Positions 13,081 through 24,375 of a DNA stretch of 64,000 nt are shown here, piece by piece. Within the stretch, counting starts at the first letter, position 1, and every line of letters begins with the position of its first letter. Location of the stretch: NCBI RefSeq assembly GCF_035084215.1, contig NC_090351.1:14818001-14882000 (forward strand), in the 5' to 3' direction. This DNA is from Heptranchias perlo. Taxonomy: Eukaryota. The position numbers were made by a program, and so were the translations under genes. A model generated the notes under the pieces. The model searched no databases. It had not been told where the DNA came from and worked only from the letters and a program-made list of their open reading frames with translations.

Positions 13081-14556
13081 CAAGTGAGCCTGTAGCTAAT
13101 TTGACACTATGTGACAATCTCAGCCATTGAGGTTGGGAAAAGGTTCAGGAGGTGTTCTGAAGTTGCGGCTGAGGCATGATGTTAGGGCAGTGTGGGGATG
13201 GGGTGGAAGAATGATTTGTTTCACAGATTTATTAATTCTTTTCAGGTCCACACAGAATGGACTGTGCCATTTTTTTTTACATTGGCCATAATTGCCGCAC
13301 ACCTTTCTGTAGGTTCAGTAAATTCCTCGGTGGTGACAGCTTGTTTCATTTTAGTTCCTCTTCTACTTTAGGTAATAGAGAATGTAACTCTTAAGGTGTA
13401 TCACCCTCGAAAGGGTAGCATCATCCTTAAGTACAATCTTTACAGGCTCACACTTTTGTAGTCCACCCCCCCACCAATCACCAAACACATCCTTGTTAAT
13501 TTCTTCCACTTTCCGTACTAAACCCAATGCTGGTTGTTGGCCAGCAGATCATTAACGTGTGACCACCTATCATGAACGTTCATAACTTGTACTATCCTTC
13601 CTTTGTGTAGTGTGCACCATTAATTGTCCCTTGCCATCCCAGTTCTCCTCTTGGGCTTTGCAGAATGACATTTGGTGGACACTGCAGTGGGCTGAGGTAT
13701 GCGCACTGCGACATTACAGGAATGTGTAGCCTCTTCTACTGTGGTTATGCGATACAAATGACCTTGCTTAATTGTGTATTGAATGAACCTGCTGAAACAG
13801 GTTTGGTTATGAGTTGTCAAGATTACTTCATAAGATGGGAAGCGCCAGGGAAGAAAAATGGCTATTTGGCCCAATGAAGCTCATGTCGCACTCGCATGGT
13901 GTTTCAAAGCATGCTGTGTGCCCTGGGCTATATCAGTGTTGTCGTTGCTCATGCTTGGTTCACTTGCAAGCCCTGAATTTGTGGACGTTTATAATACTTG
14001 CAGTTTCATGTGGGAAATCTAAACGTATATCAAGGTACATTTAAATTCACTGTATGAATCATACATTAAAACTTTCTTCATGAGTTGTCAGCATTAGAAA
14101 AATAATTTATGTGACTCATGAGAGAATGGCAAATGTTGGCAGTGCTTCTGTACAGAGCTTCACCTGCTTTTAATGTGTAGCAATAAATTTCTTTTGTGTT
14201 GTTCAACTTCGTTCCATTTATAATAAATAAGTTCAGGGCCCATCCTGCACTGGAGATAAGGGCCAGAATCCCAGTATACAATTAACCAGAAGTAGTCGAT
14301 TTAATGACTATCAATAAAAGGAATATTTTATAATTTAATGTATGGACATTGCAGTAAAGATAAAGTTGTTTTAAGACAGCAGACGGGATACTGCGACCAT
14401 GAGAATAGTAGAGCCAATAGTTTATACCAAATCCTATATGAATTTATGAAATTACTAATGAAGGATTTCATTAAAATGAAAGCACATTGTAATAAAATTA
14501 GTGATCTACTGAAACCTTGGACATTTTGTCTGTTATGCACATTATTATTAAAATTA

Positions 14557-14855
14557 CATACAATTTACAGCACAGAAACAGGCCATTCTGCCCAACAGGT
14601 CTATGCTGGTGTTTATGCTCCACATGAGCCTCCTCCCACCTTTCTTCATCTCATCCTATCAACATATCCTTCTATTCATTTCTCCCTCATATACTTATCT
14701 AGCTTCCCCTTAAATGTATCTATGCTATTCGCCTCAACTACTTGTGGTAGCAGGTTCCACATTCTAATCACTCTCTGAGTTTCTCCTGAATTCCTTATTG
14801 GATTTATTGGTGACTATCTTATATTTATGGCCCCTAGTTTTGGACCCCCTCACAA
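14557..14855 (-). mobile_element. CR1 3' end fragment
   Basis: ACAGCACAGAAACAGGCCATTC...GGTAGCAGGTTCCACATTCTAATCACTCTCTGAG, typical CR1 3' terminus. Confidence 0.75.
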
Positions 14856-15729
14856 CCAAGGAGACATTTGACTATTTGTGCAGCCTTTAGGATGGTAGAA
14901 CGCAAGACTTAATCTTATTAAATATGCCGCAAGGGACTGACAGACTACGTGGAAACCTCCTAAGGGTAAGGTAGCAGGACACTGCTGGCCCACAATTCAG
15001 AACACTTCAACGGTTTCAATACTAAGGGAAAAAATATTCCAGGGAGAAGAGTTTAATCTTTGTTGAATCCGTACTTCAAATTTATGAATGTAATCTGCAG
15101 GTTTCCTTCACAACAAAATTTGTTTTCTACATTTCTGTTGATGCATGCTCTAGAAATGCTAGTGTATTTTTTTCTTTTTAAAGAAAAGCTGTGATGCCGA
15201 TGGATTCTTTGGAAGGTCTTACAAGTTGTGCTTCCTGATGGTCCAATGGGTTGGATATCAATTTAATGCTTTTAAAAGGCTGTGGTGTTGGAAACATGCA
15301 GAGAGTTTTGTCAGCTTCTCCAAGAACAGAAGGTGGGTTAACACGTCAGGTAGAGGCCCTCTGTCAGGACACTTTCATCCTTATTAACCATGTCATTTGT
15401 GAGGGGAGTTATTGATTCATGTTCACTCTAACCTAGTTTCTATGGATCATTCATGAAGAGTGAGCAGTCAACTTGTCTCTAGGGCTCTTTTGAGTGCTCC
15501 TCTAATGTGGCGACTAGAGTGTAGGCCACAGTGTGAGGATGACAGTCTCTGTTTTTTTATATTCCTAACAAGATTTCTGCACAGGTCTTCCTCAACATTG
15601 GGAACTTAGTGCTGTTGTATTGAAGACTGGGTACCTCTCTCTCTTATGTTGACGTGTTGTGGTGCAAATATTTTTAAGGCTCCCTAGATTGATTGGTGAC
15701 TTTATTTATTGAATAGCTGAACTATACAC

Positions 15730-16085
15730 ACCAGAATGCCTCAGGTTTGACCCCTCGTCTATGTTTAGTTTGCTGCTTTCAGCGAGATGGCAATAGGGAG
15801 TCCTTTAATTTGGGCTAGGGAGGGAGACAGCAGCCAGAGGTAAAATGTAGCACCCCTAGATCGCTATCCAATGACCCCTGCTGAAAACGCACGCATGTGG
15901 ACAGCAGGTGAGGTCAGGATCAGGCTCAGGTATGATAGTCCTGCAGTTGAATACCTTGCCAACACTCACTGTCAATATATACATATAAATAATGATGTTT
16001 TGGGTGAGGCAATTGCTAGGACCTGGTGCCTAGGAAACAATACCCAGCGCAAAGTCAACAGGAGAAGCAGACAGGAGAGAAAATT
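15730..16085 (+). mobile_element. Ancient SINE (AmnSINE2-like), near full length
   Basis: GGTTTGACCCCT B-box-like; GGGCTAGGGAGGG; GATCGCTATCCAATGACCCCTGCTG; same family as 5205 and 24200 copies. Confidence 0.55.
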
Positions 16086-16662
16086 AGTAAAGAAATAGAA
16101 AAGAAAAATTTCATAATAATGAGGTGTGATATTGGTTTACAGCAAGAAAACAAGAGAAAACTAGGGAACTTTGCAAACTGAAGGACTTTTACGGTCCGCT
16201 GAATCACTTAAAGCGGAAATTGGCAATTTCAAATGCTTTGAAAGTGATGATCTGAATTCATGACAGTAATACTGAAGTGTGGCATGTAATTAAAGTCTTC
16301 TAGTTTATATCCCAGCCAAGAGGTGCAGATCATTCTGAACATAATTTGTTTTGTAGTGCGGTCTGAAAGGAGTCACTGCTGAGCTGCAGTTGTTGGTCTG
16401 TTTGTGTCAGGGGATCTGGGACTCAGAACTTGTGTATTAAATAATTCATTGAGAAATTATCTCAGTGCAGACAAGATGAAACAAACTTCTGGCATTTACT
16501 CTAGGAATTCTTGATAATTTAAAATAAGGATTGAAGACATGTTCTGAGAAAGACATCACTGGAATGGGCAATGCACTCAACAAGGGCCCGATCGTGCCTA
16601 TCCAGCAAATTGTTGATGAGCACTTTAATCGTAGAGCAAATTGAATTTCTCGATCCAACATT

Positions 16663-17428
16663 ATAAGAACATAAGAAATAGGAGCAGGAGTAGGACATAT
16701 GGCCCCTCGAGCCTATTCAATAAGATCATGGCTGATCTTCTACTTTCCAGACGTATCCCCAAATCCCTTGATTCCCTTAGTGTTCAAAAATCTCTCAATG
16801 TCAATCTTGAATATACTCAACGACTGAGCATCCACAGCCCTATGGGGTAGAGAATTCCAAAGATTCACAATTCTCTGAGTGAAGAAATTTTTCCTCATCT
16901 CAGTCCTAAATGGCCAACCCCTTATCTTGAGATTATGACCCCTAGTTCTAGATTCTCCAGCCAGGGGCAACAGCCTCTCAGCATCAACACTGTCAAGCCC
17001 TCTAAGAATTTTATATGTTTCAGTGAGATCACCTCTCATTCTTCTAATCTCCAGAGAATATAGGCCCATTCTACTCAATCTCTCCTCATAAGACAACCCT
17101 CTCATCCCAGGAATCAATCCAGGAAGCGGCACCCCACTAGTTACAACCTGCCAACCCGAAAATGACCCGTTTATTCCTACTGTCTGTTTTCTGTCGGTTA
17201 ACCAATCCTCAATCCATGCTAATATATTATCCCCAACCCCATGAACCTTAATCTTTACTAACAACCTTTTGTGTGGCAACTTATCAAATGCCTTTTGAAA
17301 ATCCAAATATACTACATCCACTGGTTCCCTCTTATTTACCCTGTTAGTTACATCCTCAAAAAACTCTAATAGATTTGACAAACACAATTTCTCTTTCATA
17401 AAACCATGTTGACTCTGCCTAACCGTAT
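16663..17428 (-). mobile_element. CR1 LINE 3' part with internal deletion; continues at 21242
   Basis: ORF 16740 RT motifs with fused junction VTSGVPL/PGLIPGMRG; tail ATAAGAACATAAGAAATAGGAGCAGG. Confidence 0.93.
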
Positions 17429-18388
17429 CGGGCCAGAACTTTTTTTTTATTCGTTCACGGGATGTGGGCGTCGCTGGCGAGGCCAGCATTTATTGCCCAT
17501 CCCTAATTGCCCTCGAGAAGGTGGTGGTGAGCCGCCTTCTTGAACCGCTGCAGTCCGTGTGGTGACGGTTCTCCCACAGTGCTATTAGGAAGGGAGTTCC
17601 AGGATTTTGACCCAGCGACAATGAAGGAACGGCGATATATTTCCAAGTCAGGATGGTGTGTGACTTGGAGGGGAACGTGCAGGTGTTGTTGTTCCCATGT
17701 GCCTGCTGCTCTTGTCCTTCTAGGTGGTAGAGGTCGCGGGTTTGGGAGGTGCTGTCGAAGAAGCCTTGGCGAGTTGCTGCAGTGCATCCTGTGGATTGTA
17801 CACACTGCAGCCACAGTGCGCCGGTGGTGAAGGGAGTGAATGTTTAGGGTGGTGGATGGGGTGCCAATCAAGCGGGCTGCTTTATCTCGGATGGTGTCGA
17901 GCTTCTTGAGTGTTGTTGTAGCTGCATTCATCCAGGCAAGTGGAGAGTATTCCATCACACTCCTGACTTGTGCCTTGTAGATGGTGGAAAGGCTTTGGGG
18001 AGTCAGGAGGTGAGTCACTCGCCACAGAATACCCAGCCCCTGACCTGCTCTCGTAGCCACAGTATTTATATGGCTGGTCCAGTTAAGTTTCTGGTCGATG
18101 GTGACCCCCAGGATGTTGATGGTGGGGGATTCGGCGATGGTAATGCCGTTGAATGTCAAGGGGAGGTGGTTAGACTCTCTCTTGTTGGAGATGGTCATTG
18201 CCTGGCATTTATCTGGCGTGAATGTTACTTGCCACTTATGAGCCCAAGCCTGGATGTTGTCCAGGTCTTGCTGCATGCGGGCTCGGACTGCTTCATTATT
18301 TGAGATGTGGAGATGCCGGTGATGGACTGGGGTTGACAATTGTAAACAATTTTACAACACCAAGTTATAGTCCAGCAATTTTATTTTA

Positions 18389-18432
18389 AATTCACAAGCT
18401 TTCGGAGATTTTCTCCTTCCTCAGGCAAATGT
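18389..18432 (-). ncRNA. Minimal type I hammerhead ribozyme (left arm copy)
   Basis: Mirror copy of 19737-19780. Confidence 0.8.
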
Positions 18433-18680
18433 TTCAAGATCTCCTTGAAGCCTACGCATTTATACATATTGAACAATAATACACGGTGTTTACAGACTGC
18501 CCCTGCAACTGCCCGTTGCCAAGGCAATCACCGTGTTCAGACAGAGAGGTGTTACCTGCAGAACCTCCGAATACACATTCAACAAAAAAACAAACAGGGA
18601 AAAAAAACAGAGAAAAAAAAAACACAGAGAGAGGCAGAAACATCCGGAAGGCAGAGAGAGCCAGCAAATGACCCATTATA

Positions 18681-19083
18681 TTAAAAACAGATAACATTTG
18701 TTCGCTGGTGGGGTAACGTGTAGCGTGACATGAACCCAAGATCCCGGTTGAGGCCGTCCTCATGGGTGCGGAACTTGGCTATCAATTTCTGCTCGACGAT
18801 TTTGCGTTGTCGTGTGTCTCGAAGGCCGCCTTGGAGTACGCTTACCCGAAGGTCGGTGGATGAATGTCCATGACTGCTGAAGTGTTCCCCGACTGGGAGG
18901 GAACCCTCCTGTTTGGCGATTGTTGCGCGGTGTCCGTTCATCCGTTGTCGCAGCGTCTGCATGGTCTCGCCAATGTACCATGCTCTGGGGCATCCTTTCC
19001 TGCAACGTATGAGGTAGACAACGTTGGCTGAGTCACAGGAGTATGAACCATGCACCTGGTGGGTGGTGTCATCTCGTGTGATG
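18681..19083 (-). pseudogene. Penelope-like GIY-YIG endonuclease domain fragment (left arm)
   Basis: SYSCDSANVVYLIRC...YIGETMQTLRQRMNGH...EQKLI...GLN; RT domain absent. Confidence 0.9.
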
Positions 19084-19085
19084 GT

Positions 19086-19488
19086 CATCACACGAGATGA
19101 CACCACCCACCAGGTGCATGGTTCATACTCCTGTGACTCAGCCAACGTTGTCTACCTCATACGTTGCAGGAAAGGATGCCCCAGAGCATGGTACATTGGC
19201 GAGACCATGCAGACGCTGCGACAACGGATGAACGGACACCGCGCAACAATCGCCAAACAGGAGGGTTCCCTCCCAGTCGGGGAACACTTCAGCAGTCATG
19301 GACATTCATCCACCGACCTTCGGGTAAGCGTACTCCAAGGCGGCCTTCGAGACACACGACAACGCAAAATCGTCGAGCAGAAATTGATAGCCAAGTTCCG
19401 CACCCATGAGGACGGCCTCAACCGGGATCTTGGGTTCATGTCACGCTACACGTTACCCCACCAGCGAACAAATGTTATCTGTTTTTAA
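19086..19488 (+). pseudogene. Penelope-like GIY-YIG endonuclease domain fragment (right arm)
   Basis: Identical translation to the left arm; open to the stop at 19488. Confidence 0.9.
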
Positions 19489-19736
19489 TATAATGGGTCA
19501 TTTGCTGGCTCTCTCTGCCTTCCGGATGTTTCTGCCTCTCTCTGTGTTTTTTTTTTCTCTGTTTTTTTTCCCTGTTTGTTTTTTTGTTGAATGTGTATTC
19601 GGAGGTTCTGCAGGTAACACCTCTCTGTCTGAACACGGTGATTGCCTTGGCAACGGGCAGTTGCAGGGGCAGTCTGTAAACACCGTGTATTATTGTTCAA
19701 TATGTATAAATGCGTAGGCTTCAAGGAGATCTTGAA

Positions 19737-19780
19737 ACATTTGCCTGAGGAAGGAGAAAATCTCCGAAAGCTTGTGAATT
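19737..19780 (+). ncRNA. Minimal type I hammerhead ribozyme (right arm copy)
   Basis: Core CTGAGGA (19745-51), stem II GGAGA-aaa-TCTCC, GAAA (19766-69), palindromic AAGCTT stem III, stem I ATTTGC/GTGAAT with two G-U pairs; AATAAA follows at 19784. Confidence 0.8.
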
Positions 19781-19797
19781 TAAAATAAAATCATTAT

Positions 19798-20474
19798 TTG
19801 AGGGGTTGCGAATGGAACTGAACACTGAGCAGTCATCAGCGAACATCCCCATTTCTGACCTTATGATGGAGGGAAGGTCATTGATGAAGCAGCTGAAGAT
19901 GGTTGGGCCTAGGACACTGCCCTGAGGAACTCCTGCAGCAATGTCCTGGGCCTGAGATGATTGGCCTCCTGATTCCCATTTACTTCAATTTTTCTAGGGC
20001 TCCTTGGTGCCACACTCGGTCAAATGCTGCCTCGATGTCAAGGGCAGTCACTCTCACCTCACCTCTGGAATTGAGCTCTTTTGTCCATGTTTGGACCAAG
20101 GCTGTAATGAGGTCTGGAGCCGAGTGGTCCTGGCGGAAGCCAAACTGAGCATCGGTGAGCAGGTTATTGGTGAGTAAGTGCCGCTTGATAGCACTTGTGG
20201 CACCAAGGAGCCCTAGTAAAATTGAAGTCAATGGGAATCAGGGGGAAAACTCTCCAGTGGCTGGAGTCATACCTAGCACAAAGGAAGATTGTAGTGGTTG
20301 TTGGAGGCCAATCATCTCAGGCCCAGGACATTGCTGCAGGAGTTCCCCAGGGCAGTGTCCTAGGCCCAACCATCTTCAGCTGCTTCATCAATGACCTTCC
20401 CTCCATCATAAGGTCAGAAATGGGGATGTTCGCTGATGACTGCTCAGTGTTCAGTTCCATTCGCAACCCCTCAA
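19798..20474. repeat. Inverted duplication at the LINE 5' end (arms 19798-20014 and 20196-20474, 181-nt loop)
   Basis: Arms are reverse complements with about 3 mismatches; left arm lacks 62 nt present at 20241-20302. Confidence 0.93.
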
Positions 20475-21241
20475 CTTGTGCAGAGCGGTGTGACAACGCT
20501 CGCCGCAGCTCCTGCAAATTAGATTAATGAATGTACTTACTGCGGGCTTTGTGGCGTCGAATTGCCTGATTTTGAACTTTTAAAAATTTGTACGCTATCA
20601 ACCCAGCCTCTGAGCAGCGTAAGTTGACGCGCATGGAACGGTCTGTGAGAAAAGAAGACACGCCCACAAAATCTGTCAGGAAGAGAAGTAATGCCCACAA
20701 GCAGACAAGCAGACTTCATTCATTTAAAGTTAGTATTCTGGAAGTCATTGGAAATAAAAATGTTAAATTCTTTTAATAAAAAGCCAAATAAATATTTGAA
20801 TTAAATTAAAGAGACAGAAAGAAAAGTAAAAAAATATTAATTTCTAAATTTAAAAAAAAAAATTTATTGACCAAAAACCATTAAAATAAGGAGTATTATG
20901 AGATTCCACATTTTTTAAATTTAATTTTTAGTTGTTTGGCAGTCATTAACACTAACTTAAAACTTAGTTTAGAGTTGGTATTTTTAAATGTAGCTCTTTG
21001 GTGGCGTAATTAGTTACTTTTCAGCTGGGTGGATGAGCAAGTTTGTGAGATTTCAATGATTACAGTGTGTGATGGCCCTTTAATTCGAAGCTGTCAAATT
21101 GCCGGTGAATCAATAAAAGCAAGTTCATGATTTCCTCATTTTAGTGCACATTTGCAAACTCAGGAACTTGCTGCTTCGATTCTCCATTAAAAACGGAGAG
21201 CACTGTTGAGCTCTCCGTTATTTTGGGAGCAAGTTCTGCCT

Positions 21242-22310
21242 TATTATGATTTTCTAAGTGCCCTGTTACTACGTCTTTAATAATGGATTCTAGCATTTTT
21301 CCTACTACTGATGTCAGGCTAACTGGCCTTTAGTTCCCTGTTTCTCCCTTCTTTCTTGAATAGTGGGGTTACATTTGCTACCGTCCAATCCATGAGAACC
21401 GTTCTAGAATCTCGGGAATTCTGGAAAATCAAAACCAATGCATCCACTATCTCTGCAGCCACCTCTTTTAAAACCCTAGGATGTCGGCCATCAGTCCAGA
21501 GAATTTGTCGGCTTTTAGTCCCATTAATTTCTCCAGTACTTGTTCTTTACTAATCTTAATTACTTTAAGTTCCTCACTCTCATTAGACCTTTGGTTTCCC
21601 ATTATTTCCGATATGATTTTTGTGTCTTCTACTGTGAAGACAGATACAAAATATTTGTTTAACAGCTCTGCCATTTCCTTATTCCCCATTATAATTTCTC
21701 CTGCCTCTGCCTCTAGGGGACCCACGTTTACTTTCGCTACTCTCTTCCTTTTTACGTACTTGTAGAAGCTCTTACAATCTGTTCTTATATTTCTTGCTAG
21801 TTTATTCTCATATTCAATTTTTTCCCTCTCAATCGATTTCTTGGTCATCCTTTGCTGATTTCTAGAACCCTCCCAATCCGCAGGCCTACTACTCTTTTTG
21901 GCAACAATGGAAGCCTCTTCTTTTAATCTAGTACTATCCTTAACTTCTCTAGTTAACCATGATTGGATCACTTTTCCTGTAGAGTTTTTATTCCTCAAGG
22001 GAATGTATATTTGTTGAGAATCATGAATTATTTCTTTAAATCTTTGCCATTGCTTATCTACCGTCATATCTTTTAATCTAATTTCCCAATCTACCTTAGC
22101 CAACTCATTCCTCATAATTACGTGATTGGCTTTGTTTAAATTTAAGACCCTCGTTTTGGACTTAACTATATCACTCTCAAACTCAATATGAAATTCTATC
22201 ATATTATGATCACTCTTCCCTCAGAGGATCCTTAACTATACGATTATTAATTAACCCTGTCTCATTACACAATACTGAATCTAAAATAGCCTGTTCCTTA
22301 GTTGGTTCTC
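21242..22310 (-). mobile_element. CR1 LINE, 5' continuation of 16663-17428
   Basis: ORF 21468 (KSFYKYV, LNKYFVSVFT); highly similar to the CR1 at 50030-50840. Confidence 0.93.
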
Positions 22311-22744
22311 TGCTAACCCTGTCAAATTCACCAAAATAAGTTGGCCCAGTTGGGGCGATAGCCTAGAAATAGTTGGTAAAAGATTTGTCTGTGCACTTAA
22401 TTCACGCATGAGTTTTGTTCTACCAATTGTTTCTGGCATAATTTCTGTCTTCACCCATCGCAGTGCGATGTGCTCCTGCTGCCTGTATAAAATGGTTGCA
22501 GCTGAACCAATTCTTCACCGGTCAGGATTCTGCAGGAAACTGCTGTCTCACTTAAGTTTCTACTGATAAAAAGTTCACTAGAATGGGGATTATTTACAGT
22601 GCTCCCTGGTGCTTGACTTAGTGCAGGAGGATACGGAGGATCAGAGAAGGACTGCCAGAAATGTTAGATTGCATTAAAGATTTACTGCCTAGACCAGCTA
22701 CTATACTATTCATTACTTCTGCAGGCTCAGCCGTACCCAAAAGA

Positions 22745-23205
22745 AAAGAAAGCATTTACATTTATATAGCGTCTTTCATACCTCAGGACGACCCAAAGTG
22801 CTTTACAGCCAATGAAGTACTTTTGAAGTGTAGTCATTGTTGTAATGTAGGAAACACGGCAGCCAATTTGCACACAGCAAGGTCCCACAAACAACAGTGT
22901 GATAATGACCAGATAATCTGTTTTACTGATGTTGATTGAGGGATAAATATTTGACCAAGACACCAGGGAGAACTCCCCTGCTCTTCTTCGAAATAGTGCC
23001 ACGGGATCTTTTATGTCCACCTGACAGGGCAGATCGGGCCTTGGTTTACCATCTCATTTGAAAGACGCCACCGTAACAGTGCATCACACCCTCAGTACAG
23101 CACTGGAGTGTCAGCCTAGATCTTGTGCTCAAGTCTCTGGAGTGGGACTTGAACCCACAACCTTCTGACTCAGAGGTGAAAGTGCTACTGACCGAGCTGC
23201 GATTT
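22745..23205 (-). mobile_element. Deu-domain SINE (SacSINE1-like), full length
   Basis: Minus strand: tRNA head with B box GGTTCAAGTCCC, Deu core GGCACTATTTCGAAGAAGAGCAGGGGAGTTCTCCCTGGTGTC, L2-like tail GCTATATAAATGTAAATGC. Confidence 0.85.
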
Positions 23206-24199
23206 GACACACTCCTGCTCTTAACTGAAGAGCATTGCCTCTGCAGATTAAAGCTTTGTAGTGGGATAGTTACAGAACTGTGCCATCTGCTTCAGGAAGG
23301 TCTACTCTCACTACTCAGACAATAATCTTTTACAAACAGGCCCTGTGAAATCCAAATTTCTGGGTATTGCAACAGGACTGGTCCTCTGGGCAGCAGATGC
23401 CAATTTCAACTGCTGCCACCACGACCTGCTCCTCCTCACCTGTGTTATTTCCAGAAGCGCACTATCTATACCCTCTATGGTGTCTGTAAATGTGACACAT
23501 TGGCTTGCTTGGGGACTCTGGCTATGGTGTCAGGTTGTTCTTCCAGACCGACAAAACCAGAAGGGACTAGATGTTGAAGTGCTGTTGCAAAGAAACACCT
23601 TCAAGAAGTCCTCACAATGCAATATACTTTGCGATGCTGTTAAATTTGGGTGTATGCCCATGTGTTGTGACAATTAATGGTACCAGCCCTGAGTTTAGGA
23701 AAGTCTTCAGCTTCATGCTCCTCTGTTCTTTCAATGGTCTTGCACCCAGTAATGTCCAGGTTGCCACCTTCTAGTAGTTGGGACCACCTCATTTTTATCA
23801 TGTACCATCTTGTACTGCAAGCAGGCAAGTAGTCTTTGAGAGGTTGGAAGCTGAGGTTGCAACAACAATGACGTATAGCTGCCATTGTCCTTCTCTCGAC
23901 CCCCCCCCCCCACCCCACATCCCCCCACCCCAGCCAACCTCCAGCAACTCAGCCTGTTTGACAATAAATGAACATGCATCATGCAGGTAGATTGGTTTAC
24001 AAGATTTAGCAGCAGTTTGAGCTGTGCACCGATGAACCGATAATCAAATAATTATAATGGCAGCTAGTGCGACGACTTCAGGGGACGTGACTTGTGTTGG
24101 ATTCTGTGCTGGCCAACTATACTTTGCAATGCTGAGTGAATTCTAGCCTGAATAAATTCCAGTGTAAAGTGCACAGTTCACATGCACAAAGGAATAGTT

Positions 24200-24375
24200 C
24201 TGCATAAATGTGGATGTCAGGTGAGGAGATGAAGTGGACGTGATACTGCCATGGTTGAATAACCTGCTTAAGGTCTAGGCTCACTCATGAAGAGAGCGGC
24301 CAACTGGAAGAAATATGAGAGGGCTATGGGTGGAACTGTACCTTTTCAGGAGAGGTGGGCAAGGGGACAAAATTG
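24200..24375 (+). mobile_element. AmnSINE2-like fragment
   Basis: TGTGGATGTCAGGTGAGG...GAATAACCTGC...TCTAGGCTCACTCATGAAGA shared with the 5205 and 15730 copies. Confidence 0.45.

Larger units (their letters stand above)
18305..19790. mobile_element. Penelope-like retroelement, 5'-truncated, inverted (palindromic) structure
   Basis: GIY-YIG motif NVVYLIRCRKGCPRAWYIGET...R...H...E...GLN; arms 18378-19083 and 19086-19791; 12-bp TSD TCATTATTTGAG at 18293-18304 and 19791-19802. Confidence 0.95.
17442..20472 (-). mobile_element. CR1/L2-group LINE of a second family (poly-A tail), interrupted by the Penelope-like element, with fold-back 5' end
   Basis: ORF 17503 (QQDLDNIQAWAHKWQV, YKAQVRSVMEY), 19980 (QFGFR, ALDIEAAFDRVWH), 20195 ([14 protein letters not shown]); T-run tail at 17440-17448; AACTT duplicated at 17437-17441 and 20473-20477. 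Confidence 0.9.
17429..21241. mobile_element. Harbinger-like MITE split by a LINE insertion (own sequence 17429-17441 and 20473-21241)
   Basis: Termini GGGCCAGAACTT(G) and CAAGTTCTGCC are imperfect inverted repeats; candidate 3-bp TSD TAT at 17426-17428 and 21242-21244; CR1 is collinear across it by comparison with the paralogue at 50015-50050. Confidence 0.7.

Noticed and set aside
19024-19488. Twin 154-aa ORFs as a stand-alone nuclease gene pair
   Set aside because: The first ~20 residues are antisense read-through from the opposite arm with a TTG start; the rest is a truncated Penelope-like endonuclease domain.
18378-19791. Palindrome as a sequencing or assembly fold-back artefact
   Set aside because: A 12-bp TSD flanks it, the host LINE resumes collinearly and the arms are asymmetric by 73 nt; raw reads are still needed to exclude it fully.
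23140-23205. tRNA gene
   Set aside because: It is the tRNA-derived head of a Deu-domain SINE, continuous with the SINE body.
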